DNA from: the human T2T-CHM13v2.0 reference genome, Homo sapiens | Length of the DNA stretch: 64,000 bases | Direction: 5' to 3' (one strand) | Assembly (NCBI RefSeq): GCF_009914755.1 | Contig: NC_060938.1 | In this document: piece after piece, positions 42,408 to 54,974 of the stretch | Layout of the letters: every line of letters starts with the position of its first letter | How positions within the stretch are numbered: position 1 is the first letter of the stretch | Program-made: the position numbers and the translations under genes | Notes under the pieces: model-generated | Database searches by the model: none | The model's input: the letters and a program-made list of their open reading frames with translations, nothing else | What the model was told of the DNA's origin: nothing

Positions 42408-42710
42408 TCACAAAATATTTTCAAATGTTCAAGACTTTAGCGGAAGAGGTCACTGCAGATATGCTGGAAATAGCAAGAGAACTAGAATTAGAAACCAAGC
42501 CTGAAGATGCAGGTGAATTGCTGCAACCTTGTGCTAAGACTTCATCAGATGAGGAATTGCTTATTGTGAATAAACAAAGTGGTTTCTTGAGATGGAATCC
42601 ACTCTTGGTGAAAATCTTATGAACATTGTTGAAATGACAACAAAGTATGTAGAATGTTACATAAACATTATTTGACAAAACGTGTTAGAGTTTCAGAGGA
42701 TTGACTCCAA

Positions 42711-42886
42711 TTTTTTTTTAACTTTTACATTTATGGGCACATGTGCAGATTTGTTATATAGGTAAACTGCATGTCATGGGTGTTTGGGGACAGAAATTAC
42801 TGCATCACCCAGGTATTAAGCCTAGTACCTATTAGTTACTGATCCTCTCCCTCCTCCCACCCTTCACCCTCAGTTAGGCCCCAGTG
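42711..42886 (-). mobile_element. L1PA 3'-end fragment inserted in Tigger1
   Basis: T-tail, catgtgcagatttgttatataggtaaac...cctagtacc. Confidence 0.85.
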
Positions 42887-43795
42887 ATTTGAAAGAAGTT
42901 CTATTGTGGGTAAAATGATGCCGGCTACAGATAAATCTTTTTGTTCATAGAAGATTCAACCAATGCAGCAAACTTAATTTTTGTCTTAATATAATAAATT
43001 TCCACAGCCACCCTCACCTTCAGTAACCACCACCCTGATCAGTTAGCAGGCATCAATATCAAGGCAAAATCTTCCATCAGCCAAAAGACTATGACTTACT
43101 GAAGAATCAGATGATTAACATTTTTTATCAATGAAGTATTTTTAAATTAAGTTTTGCACTTTTTTTAGACACAATGCTTTTGAACACTAAACTACAGTAT
43201 AGTCTAAACCTACCTTTTAGTGCACCAAGACACCAAAAAGTTAGTGTAATTCATTTTCATTTTATTCTGATATTAGCTTTATTGCATTGGTCTGGAAACG
43301 AACTTGCAATATCTCCAAGCTACAGATGTACCTGCTTTCTGTTTTTTTTTTTGTATTCATTACTTTTTTTTTTTTTATTAGAGAAAGGGAAGTAAAAGGA
43401 GCTGGAAAATAATAATTTTTGTAACCAAATAACCATTCTCTCCTTCTCAAAATTTGATATAGCTAGACATACACAAAGACAACTTATTATAAAAATCAAA
43501 AAAACATTTTATTATAATTCTGAATATTTATTTGGCTCCTTATTTAACTGTAAGCAGTAACAAATCAATCTCTGAATTTAAATTGTTTTTTCCCCCGAAG
43601 TTCAGGGTTGATTCTTTTGTGCATGGTAACATTTCAATAATTACTTATCAAATGGAATTATACAATCAACTTTATATTAAGATATGTTTGGAATTTAAAC
43701 GTGGACATTTACAAGTTTTTAAATCAGTTGTTTTAGAAGTGAATTAAAAAATACATAAATAAATCAATTAAAATACATAAAGTAACAAAACTCAC

Positions 43796-43851
43796 TCCCA
43801 AATAAGTTTAACATTTAGTTTCCATAATATACTTTCATTTTTATTTGTTCA
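43796..43851 (-). pseudogene. Candidate exon (56 nt, one stop in best frame)
   Basis: Acceptor ggtcctttag; donor GA|GTGAGT; EQIKMKVYYGN*MLNLFG. Confidence 0.3.
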
Positions 43852-45614
43852 CTAAAGGACCTATCAATAAATATGTATGTGGAGGGCATATGTGTGAGGT
43901 ACATGTGCATACACATAACGTGCTAAACATAAGTATGATTGTGTATGAATCTGTTTTCTTCTATGTTCATTCTTCCCTTGGACATCTGACTGATTAGTCT
44001 CCCCTGACTGATCCTCTTGGTTCTGGTCAGGCAAATCTAGGACTATAATATCCTGGCCAGCAGATTAACACCATAACCCTTAGTGAGATCCTCTCACTAA
44101 GAAATCTGAGTTTTCAGTAAACACATAGAAGAGCAGAAGAAAAGCTTAATTATCTGAAAGACATGTCAAAATAGAAAAATCTATCGATTTCCTATATTCC
44201 TGTCCTGTTAGTTGATTTTCCATCAGAATAATTTGGCTACCCAACATTCTTCCAGTATGTTAATTATTCTGGTCTTAGAGTGAGTCAGTTTCCATCCCTC
44301 GCATTTTAAGAAATTAATTGCTATTGTATGTATAACAGTCCGGAAACAACTGTTATGATGTATTAAGAGTGGCAAACTAAGAGGAATGGAATAATGACTG
44401 ATCTTCATTTTTTTGTCAAACAGGGTGTGTGTGTGGTAGTTTTTGCAATAAACGTGTAATTGAATTTTTATTATGTTTCAAAATTATACATGATAGGGCC
44501 TTCTAAATATGATACTTAAGAATAATCTCTTTTCCTATTCAAGCATTCCATGCTCCTCAATGTTAAAAAGAAACAAAATAGAATGTTTAAACATATCTGA
44601 GGATATCAAATTATTAACATTCTAGAAAGACTACTTTTACAATTAGTGTGCAGAAACAGATAACAAAGGTAAACATGTGGTAACAATTTTCTTAAATAAG
44701 CAAATCCAGAACAGGATTGCCATAAAAATACAAACAAAACAGCTTTTCTTGGTAACTTTCAAATGCAGTGGTTTTAGTAAAAGTTAAATTACACCGTAGT
44801 TAAAGCTATTCCCCTTATACTAAGATAAAATTTAATGTAGTAGTTACAAATGTGGGTTGGGAGTTAGAAAGTATGGATTTCCATTCTAATTGTGGTATAT
44901 TCTAGCCATTTTATTCTAGAAAACTTTCAGCACCCCATCTATATTCCTCACCTATGAAGTGTCCACTTACTAAACAGTGAGTATCTCAAAATAATAGGCT
45001 CTCTATAAATATGTGTTAAGGCATAAATAATTGGCAATTAATTATGCATGAAGGAGAAACAAACCATACAGTCTCCATTGATTATCAGTAATAGCTTGCA
45101 TGTTTGTTATTTTTTAAATGTTTCTATTCAAATTTGGGCAGAAAATTGGAAACCAGAAAATCAGATATTAAGGTTTCTGAAATGCACTATTTAATATAAT
45201 CTGTAGCACATTCAAAATGAAGTGACTATGCTAAGTACTAAAGATGTTTCATCCTCACCTTGCTTTAAATATTTCAGTGACTTCTTAATGCATGGAGTCA
45301 AATACAAATGATATTGACCTCATTACCTTTCTCTCTCTTCCTTTTCAAAATTTTCTTGCTACAGCCTCTTTTTCTCTATACATTTCAACTATACTGGTCT
45401 TATAACCTAATTTGTACCAAACTCGTTTCTGTACCTATACTCTGTCTGATGTTTTTCACCTACCAAGTTGATAGAGCTTTGCATATTCTAAATTTTACCT
45501 TAAATATTGCCTTGTCAAAAAGGTCTTCCCTGAACACTTCCGCTCACCATTCATTCTCCATCAGAGCATCTTGCCTGTTTCTTGGAATATTTATTACAAT
45601 GATTGATTAATTTA

Positions 45615-46200
45615 TTTTATCTTATTTGATTAATTTTGAAATAATTTTAGGCTGAAAGAAATGTTAGAAAAATAACACGAATAGTTGTCATATATCATTC
45701 ATACAGCTTTTAGTAATGCTTATTACTTATATAACCGTCTTATAATGGTTGCAACTAAAATTAACATTATTCCAACATCACAAACTAAAGTACAGAATAT
45801 ATTTGGATTTCACTAGCTTTTCCATAAATGTTTCATTTCTTTTTAGTATATAATACATGCTCCCACATTGCTTTTAGTTGTCATGCCTCCTTAGTTGCTT
45901 CTGATATGTAGCAGTTCCTCTGTTTTTCTTTTTTTTTCTTTTTCATGACTTTGACACTTTTAAAGAGAACAGGTAGATAGTTTGAATTTGACAAATGTTT
46001 GCCCACAGTTTGACTGAGGTTAGAGATTTGAGGGAAGACTACCATGAAGGTCACGTGCCCATCTCTGCATGGAGAAATGTGCCTGTCTCTGCATCTTTTA
46101 GCCACATGCCTCATTTTTGGTGATGTAAACCTTGATCATTTGATTAAGGTGGTGCCTGCCAGGTTTTCTCACTATAAAGTTACTAATATTATCTTGTTTA
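45615..46200 (-). mobile_element. L1MC-type 3' region
   Basis: ttttgaaataattttagg...cccacattgcttttagttgtcatg...gattaaggtggtgcctgccagg. Confidence 0.7.
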
Positions 46201-47267
46201 TTAATATTTAATTACTGAATACATTTCACTAGATATAGCATTTTAAATAGATAGGGTTTTGTTTCTTCTTTTCAGGACATTAAAACTGTCACTCTGTATT
46301 CAGCCTTGCAAAGTACATAACAATACTCTATGGTCGAGTCTTCACATTTATTAAGTTACTGTCTTGATTTCCTGAAGTTTATTCTCAAGTAACTTCTTCA
46401 GAAGGAGTGTCTACAGGTGAAATAAACTTTGTGAGATCTGCTAATCTGAAATTTTACTTAACTTACATATAGGTTAGATTGAAAGTTTGGCTAAACATCA
46501 AAGTTTAGATTTTAAAAATTGAAATCTTTATAAAAAATTTATGAGAACTATGATACTACGTGTGATTTATTCCTTTGAATTTGTTTTATAAAAATGTGAT
46601 GTCTGTTTTATCCTTGAATTTTTGAGAGTTCACAATAGTAATGTTTTGAAATTTCATAATGGGTTAATGGCAAAATTATATGTTCAATCTTTTTTTGATA
46701 AGTAGGCTTGCTTCCTGCCAATTTTTACTGAAAATCAAAAACAACAACAACAAAAACCCTTGTGCTATATGTATATTACTCTGGGGAATTGTCTAGTGCC
46801 AGATTACTCTGTTTCAATCATATCAGCAGTTTCTTTTTTGTCTCACAGTAATGCAATGGTATTATATTTTTATGGATTTTGGTGGGAAAACACACAAGTT
46901 GCAGAAAAACATAGATGTTTTTATGCATTTTATTTAGTCCTATTTATGTTTCTAGAGTGCAGCATTTTAGCAACTTAAGTTTCTTAATAATTTACTTTTA
47001 TTAATTAGACTGCACATGCAAATTTTGGGCAACTTTTGCACTTACTAGTCTTTGTTTAAATATATATAATCTTACTAAAATGAGTTTATTTGTAATATAA
47101 GAGTTGGACATATGTGCACATTGGAATATTCATTTGTCACAGTGGAAATTCTCGAGTTCTGTTTCTCTTCTAGTTATTCTCTGAACTGTGGCTGCAGTAA
47201 GCTTCTGAAAAGCAGTTTTTATAATGTCACTGTATGCCACTATACCTTTAATATGGCTCTCCACTTC

Positions 47268-47632
47268 TGTCTTAGTCAATATAAGCAGCTATGCCAAATA
47301 CTATAGACTAGCTGCCTTAAACAGCAAACATTTGTTTCTCACAGTTCTGGAGGCTGGGGAGTCCAAGTTCAAGGCTCCAGCAGATGTAATGTCTGGTGAG
47401 AGCCTGCTTCCTGTCTTCTAGAGGGACTACCTGCTGTATCTTCCCATGGTGGGGAAAAAAAAAGTAAGGTCTATAGTGTCTCTTCTTAGAAGGGCACTAA
47501 TCCCATCTTGAAGCCTCCACTTTCATCTTCATTACCAAGTTAACTCTCAAAGGCCCCAATAACAAATACCATCACATTGGGGAATAGGGCTTCGACATAT
47601 GCATTAGGGAAAACAACATTCAGTCCATGGCA
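47268..47632 (-). mobile_element. MaLR solo LTR (MLT1A0-like), complete
   Basis: tgtcttagtc...ctcacagttctggaggctgggga...ttcagtccatggca. Confidence 0.85.
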
Positions 47633-48449
47633 TCTGCCTTAAAAATAATATTGAAATCCCTATCTGGATGTGTAGGTCCAGCATGACCCAGCCCCAACCA
47701 ACTAATCTACCTCATCTTTACTTAATCTCTTAATAGAGACCTGATCTTCTGTAACCTCAAAACTCCACCTACCCAACCCTTGCTGTCCCTACCCTGCTGT
47801 ATCTAACATCCAATTATTCCATATCTTCTCTCCTACTTTAGGAAAAAATTTCTACCATGACATCACTTTGTTAATGGCAGCATCTTTCTTTCTCTATGTC
47901 CGACACCATCTCAGATAAATCCCTGCCTATTGGTTTTACCTTGGGCTTTTGTATCTAAAGCATCTCTTCACCAACTGTTAGGCTATGCTGCTTTCCCTTC
48001 TTTTATGTTACAAGCGTGAACTCATTTCTTCAACATAAAACTAACATAATTTTAGATTGTGAAATTTTTCATTTTCAAATAAAATTTGTGACCACTTTAT
48101 TGCAGCATTGATGTTATGCTTCTTGAATGCATTAATTGGCAAGTGTTAGTGTTTTATTTCGGTAACTATCTAGAAGGCAGTTTGAAAACTAGAAAAAAAA
48201 TATTCAAATGTATCTTAATTAGATACATAATGGCTAAGAGAGTATATTGTCATTCTTTTCCTTTCTTTCACTTTCACTTTATCTAGATTAGGACCTATTC
48301 TAACTTAATTATTCCTTTAATTTCATTCTGAGAACATAGCTATCCTAGGTAATATATTTTGGAATTATTACTAATGAGAGGAAAATAGAGTTTCTAAAAC
48401 TAAAGTAATGAATCATTTGTCAAACATAGATTTGTGAAAGTAATTTTAA

Positions 48450-48610
48450 TTTTTTTACTTGTGTAAAATTTAAGGTGTATAAGTGCAGTTTTATTACATG
48501 GTTCTATTGAGTCATAGTGAAGTGTGGGATTTTAATGTAACCATCACTAGATAGTGTGCATTGTACCCATTAAGAAATTTGTCATCCTTCATCACCCCTC
48601 CCACTCTAAG
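48450..48610 (-). mobile_element. L1MA/PB 3' end fragment
   Basis: aaggtgtataagtgcagttttattacatgg...cattgtacccattaag. Confidence 0.6.
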
Positions 48611-49592
48611 ATTCATTTTTATGTGATCAATTATATCATGACAAATAGAAAATCACTCATGTGTGCTAATACCATATGTAAGTCTAAAGACACTAGGCCA
48701 TAGATCATCTGCTATACATCATGAAGATCTCTCCTAAAACTGAAGAGCATATGTAGTAAAGGCTATTTCATATGGCATTATCAAAAGGATTTAATGTCCA
48801 GTTATTACAAAAACCAAACACACACTAAGAGCAAACATTTCACTCTCACAGATTTAGACTATTTCAGACTCAGAAAAGTAGGCAGATCCTAAATGTATAG
48901 ATGCCCACAAATACAAAATCACAAAAATAATCTTCCTTTTAGTTTGTTACTCATTTGCTGCTGAATAATAAGTACTGGTACTGCATTTCTTACTATCTTG
49001 AACACCACTCAACAATGCTTGCAGTAGTAGACAAGTAAAAATCATAAAATCATATGTAGAAATAATTTTACAGGTGTCATATTACAAAGTTAAAAATGTG
49101 ATTTACAAAAATGTGACAGATATGAATATGATTTGCATATAAACTTTTACTCAAAAAGAGATTATCACACAAAATATATGGAAATGGGCATGAATATCAT
49201 TATATAGATAAGTAAACAAGTTTGACATTTTTATAATTAGTAGAGGTAGTTGGAAAAGATTCCACTTTTATTAAAAAATAACACAATGGAGATGACTTTA
49301 GAAAGAAAAACATAAGCTAAAATAAATTTATAAATTTGTGCATAAAAACAATCAGTTAATTTATAACTGATTCTTTGAAGATTCAAATTCTGTACAATTG
49401 AAAGTCATAATGCCAAAGAAACTTGAAACTAATTTCTACATTGAGTTCCTGAGAAAAAGCATGGTAATTACTAATATTTTGATGAAAAAATAAGCAAAAC
49501 TGAAGCTAGAAGACATATAAAATCAAAACTGGAAGACATAGAAAATTAAAGCTGTCTATTTAAACATAATGTGAATAAAGTAAGTGACTCAC

Positions 49593-49645
49593 ATGTACTG
49601 TTTTGTTTTGTCTCTATTTCATACAGTAGAATTTATGTAGAGTAA
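49593..49645 (-). pseudogene. Candidate exon (53 nt, stop in every frame)
   Basis: Strong acceptor ttttttgccttgtgtag; donor AT|GTGAGT. Confidence 0.35.
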
Positions 49646-50439
49646 CTACACAAGGCAAAAAATGTATATTTTCAAAAAATTCTTTGAGAGGAATCTGATT
49701 ATTTTATTAAGTGGACAAATGAGTATAGGGAGAATATGATCTACTATTACCTGTACAGTGTTATTACATACTTGTGTTATTTTAACTGGTTTTATCACAG
49801 CTAGTGAGTTCTAGCTTCATTCAAGTATTGGGGAGGGCAAGGCCAGTAGAAAGTAAAATACTTAAAGATATAAAATAATATAATTTTTAAAGTTGTAACC
49901 TAAGAGAAGGTGAAAATAACTTCACTTTGAACTAGTAAAATAATTAAGAAAGTCCAAACTTATCCAAGACAAATAGAGAGAAATTAATAGAAAGGGGTTC
50001 ATTAATACAATTAGAAGCTGGGTCTGAAAACCTTTCACAGGAAACCTAATAAGGGTTATTTATTAAAAATTCTATCTATTTTTAAATATTTCTATTGTTA
50101 ATGCTATGAATATTAAAAATAATGCATTGTATAAAATTTACCCATAGTTTTAATTAAAAACAAATTCATTTGTTATTCTGAAAACATACAAACACCCATA
50201 TATAGTAATTGATTTTTAGAAAATTATAGACCATATCTTGAGGTTAGTTCTTTAGTTTGAACTAACATTAAATCTAAATTGAGATTTATTTTTTTCTGTG
50301 TATTATTTCTTTTAAAAATCTCATAAAATTTTTGATTTGGTTAACTGGTTAGCTCATCTGAATTTATATTACATTTCTCAGAGAAATATACTGAATACAA
50401 AATTCTATTTGAAACTTTTTAAAAATGTCAAGCCATAAA

Positions 50440-51440
50440 ATCTAAAAGGTGAACTAATATGAAATTTAACTCACAGAAATGTGGATATGTCTCTTCTATG
50501 CATATATCCAGAGACAGATGTCAGAATAAACTTTAAGTTAAATCATACATAAAAGGTTTAAACTAGAGTTTTTCAAACAAAATAAACATAAGTCAAAGGC
50601 AAACAAGAAAATAGAGTTTTCATAGCCTCAAAATATCTGTCCCAAGATACTTATTTGCAGAGGAAAGACAATAACTTTAGAGTGGACAATCTTGGCAGAC
50701 ATTTTCTTAACTAATTTAAATCAATGTCATTAGTAGTGAGACATATTAACACGATGAAAATGACAACGATGCACTAAAAAGGACACCTCATTTTTCTGGA
50801 ACCCTTCACAAAAATGCATATCCTTAGTGTAACAGTGTGGAAACGTTAGAAAAATCTAGTTGGAGGGACATTCAACACAATAATCAGTGTGCTTCAAAAG
50901 TGTCAAAGGATGAAAGACAAGGACATACTCAAAAACCATCACAGCTTGCAAAAGGCTTAGGAAAAGGAAAGCAAACATACAATGTGGAATTCTGAATAGG
51001 ATCCTGAAAGATTAAAAAAAGACAGTAGTGGAAATCTGGTGAAACTCCAATAGAGTCTTCAAAGTAGATAATGTTTCTGATAATTGTAAAACATTATGCA
51101 ATATGTTAAGTTTGGTGAAAGCTGGGTAAGAGATATATGGAAACTCTCTGTACTATTTCCATGTATTTTCTTTAGTCTGGATATAGTTAAAAATTAACAA
51201 AAAAGTTATTGAAGGGGGTACTATAGCAAAGAAAAATACATTAGATTCTGCTAGGCATTGGTATAAGATGTGGGACTGATGACAAGTAAAATAGGAAGAA
51301 ATTCCTTTTGGTGATGGAACTATTCTGTATCTTGATTGTCTGGTGGTTAAATTGATCTCTACATTCCCCAAAACACATAGAAAGGTTATCAAAAGAGTAC
51401 AATTGATCGTATGTAAAACTTAAACAAATAAAAAAATAAA
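50440..51440 (+). mobile_element. L1MC/MD-type 3' region
   Basis: gctgggtaagagatatatggaaactctctgtactattt; ggtgatggaactattctgtatcttgattg. Confidence 0.65.
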
Positions 51441-51580
51441 AATAGCAAGTTGCCTGGGAAATTATTCGCAACAAATATAATATATAGGTATTGTTTAATA
51501 TATAGTTATAATATATAGTTTCATTATATAATATATAATAAAAATAAAATAAATATCAATAAAAAAGCATAGTATCCAAC

Positions 51581-52825
51581 AATGGTGTTGGGAAAACTGG
51601 CTAGCAATATGCAGAAAACTAAAACTGGATCCCTTCCTTACACCTTAAACAAAAATCAATTCAAGATGGACTAAAGACTTAAACTTAAGACAAACCATAC
51701 AAATCCTAGAAGAAAACCTGGGCAATACCATTCAGGACATAGGCATGGGAAAAGACTTCATGTCTAAAACACCAAAAGCAATGGCAACAAAAGCCAAAAT
51801 TGACAAACGGGATCTAATTAAACTAAAGAATTTCTGCACAGCAAAATACACTATTATCACAGTGAACAGGTAACCTACAGAATGGGAGAAAATTTTTGCA
51901 ATCTATCCATCTGACGAAGGGCTAATATCCAGAATCTACAAAGTACATAAACATATTTACAAGAAAAAAAACAACCCCATCACAAGGTGGGCAAAGGATA
52001 TGAACAGACATTTCTTAAAAGAAGACATTTATGCAGCCAACAAACATATGAAAAAATGCTCATCCCTACAGGTCATTAGGGAAAGGAAAATCAAAATCAC
52101 AATGCAATACAATCTCACACCAGTTAGAATGGCGATCATTAAAAAGTCAGGAAACAACAGATTCTGGAGAGGATGTGGAGAAATAGGAATGCTTTTACAC
52201 TGTTGGTGGGAGTGTAAATTAGTTCAACCATTGTGGAAGACAGTGTGGCGATTCCTCAAGGATCTAGAACTAGAAATGCCATTTGATCCAGCAATCCCAT
52301 TACTAGCTATATACCCAAAGAATTATAAACCATTATGCTATAAAGACACAGGCACACATATGTTTACTGTGGCACTATTCACAATAGCAAAGACTTGGAA
52401 CCAACCCAAATGTCCATCAATGATAGACTGGATAAAGCAAATGTGGCACATATACACCATGTAATACTATGCAGCCATAAAAAAGGGTGAGTTCATGTCC
52501 CTTGCAGGGGGACATGGGTGAAGCTGGAAACCATTATTCTCAGCAAACTATCACAAGAACAGAAAACCAAACACCGCATTTTCTCACTCATAATTGAGAG
52601 TTGAATAAGGAGAACACATGGACACAGCAAGGGGAACATCATACACCAAGGACTGCCAGCAGGTGGGAGACTAGGGGAGGGATAGCATTAGGAGAGATAC
52701 CTAATATAGGTGACGGGCTGATGAGTGCAGCACACCACCATGGCACGTGTATATCTATGTAGCGAAATTGCACACTCTGCACATGTACCCCAGAACTTAA
52801 AATATAATAATAAAAAAAGAAAAAG
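51581..52825 (+). mobile_element. L1PA, 5'-truncated (~1.25 kb)
   Basis: ORF2 C-terminus ORF 52000-52464; 3' UTR ending cccagaacttaaaatataataataaaaaaag. Confidence 0.93.
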
Positions 52826-53033
52826 ATAACCATATGTTGTCTACTAGTAAAAAAAAAAAAAATAAAGTTTTAATCTCCCCCAAATCTCTGTATTTCTTCT
52901 AAGTCTTGTGAAGTACTTTCTCAGGATAAATGTCACTGTATTCAAATAAAATTGTCCCATTCCTAATCCATAAAGATTTATTATTAACTCCAATCGTATT
53001 CAAATATCAACCATCTGAAATGGTTGTTATGTC

Positions 53034-53479
53034 TGTTTTGCTGGATAATACCGAGGGGATGTGGAATTGCAGCTTAGGTTTTATCTACTTTATGACCTTG
53101 CAGTGGCATGGCAAAGGAGACAGGATCTCAGAGGACTTTACAAAGTATGTTTACAAGGAATTGGAATTGTGAGTATAGGTAAGGTCTCCTGGTCACAGAA
53201 AAACAGGCAGTTAACATTCCTTTTCGTTTCGGGGAAGGGGGAAAGGAGAGGGAGAGAGGGAGAGAGGACTCAGGGAAACTTACAGCAAAATTTTTGCTGT
53301 TTGTAGCTTTCTTGGGGAAGCAAACATGCACAAATCCTAGTGTTAAGAATATTTTAAGCATATATCTTCAATATTATTCATCCAGGAACGAAGTAAGTCC
53401 TGATGTAGGAAACTGAGTGAGTTTCACAGATTTCTGAGCCCCTACTCGACCCAGGAAGCCCAGCTGGCCCCTCCTCTCA
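53034..53479 (-). mobile_element. ERV1 (MER4-group, tentatively MER57A-like) solo LTR
   Basis: Minus strand begins tgagaggaggggccagctgggcttcctgggtcgagtaggggctcagaaa; ~450 bp; TG...CA ends. Confidence 0.6.
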
Positions 53480-53781
53480 GTGAGACCTTAAACTTAAGAA
53501 CCCTTAGAAGTAAATATTCTTCAGGCTAAAGACCGTAAACCAAGACCTTCAAATCAATACAATGTTGGCACAAAATTGAAAGATTCCATCTACAATAACA
53601 GAAAAAGAATGTTGTTTTGAGATCTTACTATCCTTTTTTCTTCTTACTATGTTACTTGTTACTTTATTTAAATGAACCTTAGCAACTGTCCTAAAAGGAT
53701 TTTTCAAAATATTACTCCATTTATATCATTACCACATTCTTGACCCTCCTATCCTTTCTCACATTTAAATATATCATTTAC

Positions 53782-53838
53782 CTGCTCTTTTCTCTGAATC
53801 TTTTTGATGATTAGCTCTATCTGCTACAACTTAAGCTC
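53782..53838 (-). pseudogene. Candidate exon (57 nt, phase 0-0; ELKL*QIELIIKKIQRKEQ)
   Basis: Acceptor gtgtttattag|G; donor CAG|GTAAAT; single TAG. Confidence 0.5.
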
Positions 53839-54064
53839 CTAATAAACACCTAATTGATATTTCATTAAATATTACAGAGGAAATATTCCCTTTAACTGGT
53901 TCATTTTATACTAGAATTATTCATCTGTATTAACTCCAACCTTCAATCTTCTAAAAATCAGGCTCTCACCACAAATTACTAGGATGCTTCTGTAGAAACC
54001 ATTTCACGCTGTGAGCATAACTGAGTTCCCCAGGGTGAACAATTGATATAGGAGCTATTCTCAC

Positions 54065-54130
54065 CTCAGTAGTCAGTCTGTTTGTTCTTTTCAAACATTC
54101 TCCAGCCTGCTTCTCAGGAATTATTCATTT
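54065..54130 (-). pseudogene. Candidate exon (66 nt, phase 0-0; K*IIPEKQAGECLKRTNRLTTE)
   Basis: Acceptor attctcttaatag; donor GAG|GTGAGA; single TGA. Confidence 0.5.
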
Positions 54131-54322
54131 CTATTAAGAGAATTCCACTAATCTCAAAGGATGGATAATTGGCTTATTCCTGATATGATAAATTAGACAA
54201 TATGTTCCTCACCAGAGTTTAGTTCTTAAGTGGAAAGCAGACTTTCAATCGACTACTTTATGTACCCTGTCTTGTATTTATGATGCAGTTACTAGAACTT
54301 TCAATATATAAAAAATCCCTAC

Positions 54323-54357
54323 CACTCCAGAGGACCATGTTTCCTTGGGAATTATAC
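54323..54357 (-). pseudogene. Candidate exon (35 nt, phase 1-0; GIIPKETWSSGV)
   Basis: Strong acceptor ccttatttttcatgtttccag|G; donor GTG|GTAGGG. Confidence 0.45.
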
Positions 54358-54974
54358 CTGGAAACATGAAAAATAAGGAAAGCACAGACAACTCAGGATT
54401 GCTTCCTAAAAGAGAATAGATTTTCTTCATGTGCACTTTTGGGCTGCTATTCCAACAACAAGTGTATAAGCAACAATAAAAATTGATCCAGATTTTATCA
54501 TTGAATTTCGCAGAACTGAAAAACGACTATTGATTTTGCTCTAGGGGCCAAGCTTATATACATTAACCAGGATCCAATCACAGCCCTGGATTTATTTTTG
54601 CTGAGGCAAGAAAGGGAATAGTTCATATTTTACGTTGCATCAATATAAATGTCACTGGTCAGGTGAAACAACGTACATATAAACTTAAAGAAAAGTCATC
54701 TGTCTTCCTATAATTAAGCTTAATTGATCATAGACATATTATGTTCTAAACTTAGCAATTTAGATATATATATACACTCATTATTTTAGAGGAATTAATA
54801 ATGACTCTGCTTCTGATCATTTCTTTTATTTCATTTGGAAATGTATTCTTTCCAGAGTCTTAAATGCCTGTATGTATCCATTTTACATTGGATTATTCCT
54901 GAGTTCATGCTACAATAATAAAAAACGACAAAAATATTCAGCACTTATTTTAGTCTACCTAAAACCAATAATAT

